The translations under genes and the position numbers were made by a program. The notes under the pieces were generated by a model. That model did not search any database. It had not been told where the DNA came from and saw only the letters and a list, made by a program, of their open reading frames with translations. A stretch of 64,000 bases of DNA from Octopus vulgaris (lineage: Eukaryota): assembly GCA_951406725.2 (NCBI GenBank), contig OX597820.1:58094001-58158000 (forward strand), written 5' to 3'. Position 1 is the first letter of the stretch. Each line of letters opens with the position of its first letter. This document shows positions 54,331 through 64,000 of the stretch, piece by piece.

Positions 54331-55161
54331 GCATATAAATACTTAAATGAGTGATCAACCACCAAGTAAATCGGATTTCTCAACTACCCCCATGAGCTTT
54401 CGCACAAGGTCTTAATTCTGAGGGAGTAGACTAGTCGATTAAATGGGCCCCAGTTCTTGATTGGTGCCTTATTTTATCAATTCCGAAAAGATGAAAGACA
54501 AATTTAACCTAGACGGGATTTGAACTCAGAACACAAACAACCGAAACATTGCAAAGCATTTTCTTCCGATCTGCCGATTTTGTAATATTGATAATTATTG
54601 TTATCATCACTGCCATCAAAAAAAAAAAGTCATCATCACCATCATCATCATCATCATCACCACCACCAACCTCCTCACCATCATTAATTTATGATGGGCC
54701 TCGTCAAATTAGCATATTTATCTATAAAGTCTCCTCTTAATCGTTGACGTGTCCAACAAAGCAATAACAGAATCAGCCAGTCATTCAAGCTGTGAAATGT
54801 CTCATAAAATATCGTCTGTTCTGTAAGTGGCATATAGATAAACAACAGAGATGGACATTAAACCGAGAGAGGGTGAAAGATTTACTATTTTATAATACAT
54901 GTCTATGTTTAATAGCGATTCTATTACGACTCAATTTCATAGTTAACTATTTGAGCATGATTTTTGACTGGTGGTTTTTGTTGTTATTGTTGCTTATGTT
55001 TGTACTTGCTTTCTTTAGCAAATTTTGTTCTTTGATGTTGCTCTTTTTATTAAGACTGTCGTTATTACATCGACTTATTATTTGTTCCAGTTAAGTCAAA
55101 GCATCAGCTAAAAGTGAAATTTATTTTTTCCACATCTTAGAACACACACACACACACACAC

Positions 55162-55206
<45 letters not shown>

Positions 55207-56170
55207 CTCTCTCTCTCTCTTTCACAAACAAACAAGTAAATAATCATACGCACAAAGACACACATTAAAACTTCGTTTTGCTAAATTATTAATTATCTTC
55301 AAAGAATCATTAGAGAAAAAATAGATGGAAAATGAGAAAATTTTTGTGTAAGCGATTTTGCTAAATCTAGCTTTTTAGATACCTAATACTAATCAAAAGA
55401 TTCTAAGTCGTTATATGCACATTCGTGACTGTGTTTAATAGCATTTGTCAGTATATTCGGTTTAGTTTCAAATTGAAAATCCTTAAAAAGTATTCTTTTT
55501 TTTTTTGTCTTCCGTGAATTGTTCAACAAGAATTAAAAAGCCACGCAGATAAGCAAATGGAGGAAATGAAATACTGACGGAGACATTCAAAAGCAATATA
55601 CAAAAACAAGAAAAATATCATTTCAAAAAATAAACAAATAAACACTTAAAGACAAAATCTTTTTACAAAAAAAAAGACAAGGGTTTTTTTTATATATTCA
55701 ATGTAAGATAGAATTCATCAATCCAAAGAAATCCATCACAGTCACATTGTTCGGCGAAGGTAACGCAACAAGTTGAAATACATAACTAATATTTATGTCC
55801 TTTTCATGTTCGTAACCTAAAGAATTCGCTTATACAGAAGAGACGTGTAAAGATTAGTTTTAGTGAGGTTGGCGATCGATATCCTTATCGACATTAGTTG
55901 TGTGGATTATAGGTGTATCACTTTTATTATTATAATCCTCATCTTCTTTATCTAAAAGATTTGGTGAGGTATAATTTCCAAAAAAAGAAGATAAAATAAA
56001 AATAAATGTTTGTGACGACTTTTCGGCCACTGATATAAAAATCAGTCTGATCTACCGTTCTTTGTAATCAGAGTCTACGGGATAGTCGCATTCTGCGTTC
56101 AAAATAAAGCCGTATGCACGTTTTTCAGTCTTGTATAATACGCACAATTTTTTTCCAGTTAAGTGCAAAA

Positions 56171-56600
56171 GTGGAGGCGCGTGACTTACTAGTTAGGGTG
56201 TCAGCATTATGATCGTAAGATTGTGGTTTCGATTCCTGAACCGGTCGACGCGTTGTGTTCTTGAACACATACGCCAAAAGAAACCGGGAAACTTTGCCCA
56301 TGAGCCTGGCTAGGCTTTAAAAGAGGGTGAATTTATCGTGGAGGCGTGAAACCTAGTGGTTAGGGTGTCAGCACCATGATCGTAAGATTGTGGTTTCGAT
56401 TCCTGGACCGGTCGACGCGTTGTGTTCTTGAGCAAAACACTTCATTTCACGTTGCTCCAGTCTACTTAGCAGGCAAAAATGAGTAACGCCACGATGGACT
56501 GGCGTCTCATCCAACTTGGGAACAGATACGCCATGGAAACCTGGAAACCGGGCCCATGAGCCTGGCTAGGCTTTAAAAGGGCGCATTTATTTTTTTATGC
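56171..56600 (+). mobile_element. Tandem dimer of family E SINE (first unit internally deleted)
   Basis: Units 56171-56336 and 56338-56596; TSD taagtgcaaaa/taagagcaaaa. Confidence 0.88.
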
Positions 56601-57363
56601 TAAGAGCAAAATATGCACTGGAAGGAGAGTCCTACATATAACAATGATCAACGTTTATAAAGATTTCTACGTGAGCGTCTTCAACTATATATCCCCGGAA
56701 TTCTTATATATATATACTATTACATCATATATTAGATATAGTTAGATTTTGAAGCTCCAAAATATTCTGTAAGTGAACGAGAATGAGATTGAAGTGTAAC
56801 CTGAGGGTAAATTTGGAGAAATAGGAGCTGCTTTGTTAATTACTTCTAAAAAAATTATAGAAACAAATTTAAGAATGTACTTTTGTAACAATTTTTTTCT
56901 TGGCTATTAGCCAGCACTTACTTAGCCATCTATATTGATACGTTGCTTCTATTTTATACACTTCATATTTCTCTTATTTTACCCAGATTTGAGAGAGCAA
57001 TTAATCCTGTGCGCGCACACACACACACACAACTTAGGTGACTTAGATAACTTAGATAGTTCAGATAAGTTTCGGCTCAAGCAACGAATAACATAATAGT
57101 ACCACTTGCAAATGTACCACTTAATGATGTTTCATATTATAGTAAATCTGTCATGTCGTCTGTATTTTTTGTTCGGATTGGCCCCTGGGATGCTTCAATT
57201 TTTATATTTCCTTTTTTATAGGAAGACCAATGCGAACAACAGTGTTCAAGATGAGGACGAGCGAAGTTGGAGAATAGTAGGATAATGGTAGAAGCGTCTT
57301 TAGACCGGAAAGTTCTGATGTTTCAGAGCACTTCAGCTTCAGTTGATGCCGACAGTTATGCAC

Positions 57364-57423
<60 letters not shown>

Positions 57424-57929
57424 TGACACATCTGTCTCTGTGTGCGTATAAATATATATATATACATACTCGTATCATTATCGAACCGAGAGTTTAACAG
57501 CGGTCCTTCCATAGCACTTACATAGCGTTACCTGCCATCTTGAGTCTTCTGGATACCAATACCTCTCATAAAGAACCCTAGAGTCTGCCGCTATTCCCAG
57601 CGTAACAGATTATGTCTACAGCATAATTGTCCATTTACCCATCTCCCGAGGACTCGTCTCACAAATAAAAATATAATCGGGTCTCCCAACCAATACAAAA
57701 CCCAAACCTCAAACATTTCCAGTTCTCCAAACAGAATTCTCTTTTAGCCATAATCAATTGGCAAATGAGCTAGAAAAACATTCTAGCCATCACACAAGGC
57801 TCCACAACCCCACCACCACCTGATCGCACAAACTCTCATTGCTGCCATTAACAAGCAAATCACCGAAACAGTCAAATGCAATCACCACTATCGCCTCAAC
57901 ATTTTTGCGCAGTGCACAAGGCATCAGCC

Positions 57930-59537
57930 TTTCCACTAATGCCTAAAAATGGAAGATGGAATTTATTGAGGACTGGGATAATAACCATCGACACCATGTC
58001 CCGTTTTTCGTCCTCACAGAGACCCATCTCAATAACTTCCACTTGGAAGCTGAGGTGAGAGTCAAGAACTTTACAGCCATCTATGCTGATCGTGTCGGCA
58101 GAAGAAAGGATGGGACCGCCATTTTCGTGCACAATTCGTTTTCGGCTGAAGCAATGGACGTATTTACCAACAGCTACTGTAAAGCAGCTTCTGTGTTTAG
58201 TAAAACCAACAATTTAATAGTAGTTGGGCTCTATAGGCTACCCCTGACTACTTTTCTGCGATTCAAGGAATGCTTCAACAGTATTGTTTCATCCATCAGT
58301 GTCATGCTGACAATATATTAATGATGGGGGACTTCAAACTTCCCAGTGTTGATTGGTCCACAAGCAGCTTGAAACCAGGTTTTTCCACCTCAACCCCTGA
58401 TAAGGAAGCAATCGAATTGATTTGTGATTTCATGGATGAGTTTTCCCTGACCCAACTTGCTTGTGAACCAACAAGGTGTCACAAAAATACCTTGGACTTA
58501 GTGTTCAGTAACCACACTGACACTATCCTCAATATTGCAGTGGAAAAACACCACTACTCTCAGACCATGACATGGTTCTCTGCGATCTGAGATTCTACCA
58601 CCCAAAGGTCAAATCCAGTGACATCTCTCCATTTCTCCAGTCCATCCATTTGACACTATAGATCTTCATAGCGCAAACTGGGATGCGACCAATAATGATC
58701 TTTCACAAGTTGATTGGGTCTTTACGCATGCACACCCCACTCCAACATAAACACATCATGGCAGACATTTGTAGATACTGTGTCAAATATATGCACAAAT
58801 CATAATCCATTAAGATCAATATACAAATCAAAGTGCAGAATCCCTAGAAATAGAAGAGCAATTATCAGAAAAATTTAAAAAATAAACAAGAAAATCAACC
58901 AACTTAAATACGGCCAGCAGCAACTCACCCATTCGACTGCCATTGCATCACTCGAATCGGAAAAAATACGACCTCCAAAAAAGCATGATGACCATCATTA
59001 ACAGTCAAAGAGCAGCTGAGGAGAGTTGGGCATTGAGAAAATAAAACTCAATCCCAAAATGTTCTTTTCATTTGCCAAAAAAAACAACATAAAGACGCTG
59101 TTTCCACTGTTGGTCCTCTGGTTGACGAGAACAACACTCTACATGGTGATGCAAAATCCATGTGCGAGATACTGCAGAGACAATACTGCTCTGTCTTCAG
59201 TGATCCGAATGCGGTTGATCTGGCTAGTATCAGTGATGTAAACCCTCAGCTAACCATATCTGACATAACGTTTGGTGTTCCTGATATCCTAACAGAAATA
59301 GATAAGATCAAGCACAACTCGGCAGTAGGTCCCGATAAGTTCCCGGCCACTGACCTGAAGATGTGTCGACATCAAATTGCACCCCTCTAGCTGATCTCTG
59401 GAGAAACTCACTTGATGCAGGCTACATTCCTGATCATTTTCTTTCCCAGTCCTTCGTTCCAGTCTTCAAAAAGGGAAACAAATCTCTTGCAGTGAACTAC
59501 CATCCTATTTCACTTACTTCTCATATCATTAAAGTAT
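57930..59537 (+). pseudogene. CR1/Jockey-group LINE ORF2 relic: APE endonuclease, linker and start of RT
   Basis: Frameshifted ORFs with FVLTETHL, DR..RKDGTAIFV, GLYR, MGDFKLP, PTR..NTLDLVF, NPKMFFSF, AVGPDKFP and PVFKKG..NYHPISLTS. Confidence 0.92.
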
Positions 59538-59825
59538 CTCAATTTCAAATCTTGCTAATAGACCAGTAATTTCGGGCAACGGGCTAAGTCGGTTACATCG
59601 ACCGCAATGCTCAACTAGTACTTATTTCATTGACCTCGAATGGATAAAAGGCAAAGTCGACCTCGGTGGATTTTGAACTCAGAACGTGCAGACGGACATG
59701 TCACTGCGCATTTTTCCCTGTGTGCTAATGATTCTGCCAGCTTGCTACCCAGACTTTCTCTAATACTAAAATACCTTAACTCGAGTACGCGCACATTTTT
59801 GGTACTTTTAATATTATTGTTAACT

Positions 59826-60232
59826 AGGTGCAGGCGTGATGTGTGGTAAGAAGCTTGCTTCCCAGCCTCGTGCTTCCGGGTTCAGTTTCACTGCGTAGCA
59901 CCTTGGACAAGTGGCTCCTACTATAGCCTCGGGCCGACCAGAGCCTTCTGATTGGATTTGGTAGACGGAAACTGAAAGAAGCCCGTCGTATATGTATATG
60001 TTTGTGTGTGGGTTTGTGTATGCGTGCGTGTGTGTGTGTGTTTGTCCCCCCCACCCGCCATCACTTGACAACCGATGTTGGTATGTTTACGTCCCCGAAA
60101 CTTAGCGTTCGGCAAAAGAGACCGATAGAATAAGTACTAGGCTTACAACGAATAAGTCATGGGGTCGATTTGCTCGACTAAAAGCACTACTCCTGCATGG
60201 CCACAGTTAACTGACTGAAATAAGTAAAAGAA
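59826..60232 (+). mobile_element. Full-length family C SINE
   Basis: Colinear with 46840-47250. Confidence 0.9.
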
Positions 60233-61246
60233 TATAAGTATAAGTTTAACAATACATTTTGAAATTTATTCGCATACACTCATGCTGAGTTGCTTAAATT
60301 ATATATAGTAGAAATTATTTTATAAAGTATATCATATTACATTATAGTGGAAATTATATTAAATTGTATATAATGAAAATGTTGTTTCAACACGGATTCT
60401 ATGACGTGTGTAAAGGCAAATGGCATCTCTTTGTTTGATGTTAGCATGGCGTCAAAAGACCAAGTTCACGAATTAATCTGTTTCTGTTATTTACCAGGAA
60501 TCGATTCTATTTTAATTTCCATTTAAATTCAACGTAACGTGAATAGCCATCAAACAGAGAGATTTGAGAAGAAAATAAAAAATACATGGATTTATTAAAA
60601 ACTTTGAACCGCAGTTATTATTAATCTTATCATATTTAATATTCTTGACATCAGCTTGAAATTAGATACTTGCCAATATAACGTTTTTAGAAAACTTAAT
60701 AAAACTGTTCTTATCCAGAAGAATTCGTTTCACCCACTAAGCTATTTCAAAAAAATATATCTTAAAATATCAGATAACAACCATCAAACATCTCTTACTA
60801 AAAAACTTTATCCAATAATAGAGCAGATTGTATACAGAAGTTTTTATCACGGAGTCTTCTTAAAGTTACAAATAAGTAGGCAAAAAACTACATTATCTTA
60901 TAATTCCCATATAATCATGAAATACCACTTCTTATTGCTAAAAATTTTATAAACGTTTTACACAAACACTTTCTCAAACATTACAAAAGCCGTATAATAT
61001 TTGACAATAACAATACTAAGTTAATTAACTACAGTACCACATATAATTTTCATGTATCTTTGTTTACTATTAGCCGTAAGAAATTTGCAGTTTCTTCTAA
61101 TTTTAAATACATACATGTATCTATCTGTCTGTCTATGTGTCATATATTATATTATATTATATTATATTATATTATATTATATTATATTATATTATATTAT
61201 ATCATATTATATTATATACACAGATACATATATATGCGTGTATATG

Positions 61247-61312
<66 letters not shown>

Positions 61313-61354
61313 CATGCATACATACATACATACATACATACATACATACATACA

Positions 61355-61388
<34 letters not shown>

Positions 61389-63027
61389 CATATATACGTA
61401 AGTACATAATACATATATATACATAGAAACGTTATTGCACTGATGTCAGAATTTCGGTAAAATACACGTATAAATATAATTTTGTTACTCTTACTAAGTT
61501 TACCAAAAGATTAGCTGGACATCTTCCCAAACCCAGTTATATTTATAACTTGTAAATTTTGATTGACATTTACAATAAAAATAGTGAAGTTTGTATGGAA
61601 ATTAAAACTTCTCCGTTATTCATCTATAAAACTGACGTTATTTTGGGGTTAAATCAAACAATTATTGCTTTGTAAGTTTTAGATATTATTTACTTCCTAA
61701 GCAGAGGCGAACTCAAGCTTTGCGAGTTCGAATCCACTGCATATATCTGGTGTTCCTCCTGCTGGTGAATCATTTTTCTTGGGTGCTCGGTTTACCCACT
61801 GGTCAAGAATAGGGACTAGGACCTTTAAGTTATCTATCTCTGATAGGCGTACTTAACAAACAAACAGCAGACCAATTTCCCTCAAATTTCGCACTACTGA
61901 CTATTGAAGGATATATGGGAGAATATAGCACTATCTATTCAATGCCTGACAGAGGAACTGAATAACTATGGATGGAATACCTATGTTCATTGGTCTACAC
62001 AGTCAAGGCCGATCTGAAACAAAACAGCAACAATAACCTGCGTTAGACTACTCGCATATAAGTCAGCCGATTAAGAAATGATGTCCTATAGTTAAGCATC
62101 ATTCAATGGACCCTTTCATAAACAGATTAATTTTAAACTTTTCGATATATAATATATTTTTACTCGACACAAGACTTCAGATTTCCAACTATGTATAATG
62201 CTACATTGAGTGGTTATATAATATTTCAGAATATTAATTATTAATGTCTTCAAAGGGCATTTAGAACCAGATGACAGATAGATTTAGCAGCCTGTTTTTA
62301 AGTCTCGTTTTGCAAATCTTACAGTTGCCGTTAAAACTCAAAACAGACTAGGAACATACAAACAGTACAAAAGGGAAGAAAAACAGAAAGAAGTGACGTT
62401 CGTGCATTCTTAATAGAATTAGTGACATTAACGAATGCCATCCAAATGAAAGCTGAAACTGGATCGTCATATTAGGTCGTCGATGACATATCATTATGCT
62501 CTTGTATGTTAGTATAGATTGGAAGACTCAGTGGAGTCCGTCAAAGCGAAACCAACATCGAAGGCTGGTGTAGTAGAATAACATAGAATTTCGCGCATAT
62601 GAAATGGTATTAATTGGAAGTAAGCAGTTTCAAAATGTGTGAATTTACATTCATCTACGGTTGTAAACGATTTAAAGAAACTGCTCACGATTTTGGAATT
62701 ATTTCAAAGAAATAGGAGGTGAATTTTATTTTAGAGATGATATTTATCTATTATAGGTTTACTTGTTATTCCGATGTTCGCTTACTGACTTCAAAAGTTT
62801 AGACGTTGGATCATATGTAGATTAAACCTTGTGGTTCTTGAATGTAAAGTATGGATTTTGTAGAGCTAAATTTTCTACACTTACCTGTAAGCCTAGTGTA
62901 GCTGCTACCTTTATGACTTTCGCATTAACGTTATTTAATGCTTTAAAGTGCTTTTCTATATGTTGATAATAGTGTCAGAATTTAATCTGTGGCACGTTTC
63001 TCTGTCAATGTCATGTATATACATACA

Positions 63028-63065
<38 letters not shown>

Positions 63066-63167
63066 TGTATATGTATGTATATATGTATGTATAAATGTAT
63101 GTATGTATGTATGTATGTATGTATGTATGTATGTATGTATGTATGTATGCATGAATTCTGATTTCTA

Positions 63168-63210
63168 ACGGCTGAGGATTAGCATCACGTATTGAAACTT
63201 GAAGTACCAC
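63168..63210 (+). ncRNA. Degenerate hammerhead motif in a ~130-bp island between microsatellites
   Basis: gg-CTGAGGA(63172)..GAAA(63194)-CTTGAAG-TA-cc; stem II is poorly paired. Confidence 0.5.
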
Positions 63211-63280
63211 TGTTTTGACCCATACATGGAACTTCCAGTAAATGTGCTGAGTTCCCTTCTTTCGTTTGTTCATTAACTCG

Positions 63281-63319
<39 letters not shown>

Positions 63320-63321
63320 TA

Positions 63322-63356
<35 letters not shown>

Positions 63357-63406
63357 ATTAAGGAGACTGGACGCAATTTAAAGCCAAAACGGAAAAGATT
63401 CAACGT

Positions 63407-64000
63407 CACTAAAAGTAACTAAGGGGGCAGGGCAGCACCAGCATTGCTAGAAACAAGAGTCAAAACTCTTTACCTACGAAGAGAGAATTGTTCTATGTAC
63501 TGACAAGGGAGACAACCCCACCGCAGCAAGCGAAAACAGCAGATTGGCAGACCAATTCCACATGAAATTAATGCTCATCGTTGAAGCTACACCATTGCTG
63601 CCGCTAAAACTGAAATCCACTTGTCAGTATTTATAGAATTTACCATAAGAATCAATGGCTGATTTCGCAAAATGGTAATGTGAAAATTATAAAGTAATTA
63701 AGGTGGCTAGTTACAAATTAAAACCAAACGGGAAAAATTCACTGTAACAAAAAGTAATCAGCTATTGATTCCTGTGGTAAATTCTATAAGTGGAATTCAA
63801 CGTCACCACCAGCAATGGAGTAGCATCACCGATGAGTATCAACTTCATGCGAAATTGGCATGCCAATCTGATGCCCTCGCTTGCTGTGGGGAAGTTGTCT
63901 CCATTGTCAATGCATAGGACCGTACTTCGTTCGTGGCTAAAGAGTCTTTGAGTCGTGTTTCTAACAATGCTGCCCTGCAACCTTAGTCACTTTTAGTGGT
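63407..64000. repeat. Diverged inverted repeat, ~250-bp arms
   Basis: 63407-63664 is an inverted match to 63756-63999, with a ~90-nt spacer; it may extend past the window end. Confidence 0.85.

Noticed and set aside
57210-57330. Splice-acceptor-like ttttttatag followed by short open frames
   Set aside because: No recognisable protein and no supported partner exon.

Overview
AT-rich, microsatellite-dense eukaryotic non-coding DNA (intergenic or a very large intron). The repeat content resembles octopus/coleoid cephalopod DNA; this is an inference, not a database result. No host protein-coding gene is supported, and nearly all listed ORFs are translations of (CA)n/(TA)n/(CATA)n/(GATA)n repeats. 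The window is a patchwork of retroelements and DNA-transposon relics: a 5'-truncated Penelope-like element (PLE) with an intact GIY-YIG frame (5664-8969), a decayed PLE, R4/Dong, HERO-like, RTE, L1/Tx1 and CR1-type LINE fragments, mariner, Tigger and MITE relics, and at least five tRNA-derived SINE families. Three signals stand out. (1) About a dozen minimal type-I hammerhead ribozyme (HHR) motifs with palindromic stem III, mostly in foldback or tandem elements inserted in microsatellites. (2) A tRNA-headed SINE carrying an HHR and a foldback 5' end (22181-23317, 49469-49779), a candidate Pol III SINE mobilised by Penelope. (3) A nearly A-free patch inside the PLE 3' UTR (6721-6910) that reads as A-to-G hyper-edited sequence: either ADAR editing fixed by retrotransposition or an assembly artefact. 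Coordinates were read by eye, and repeat boundaries are approximate.
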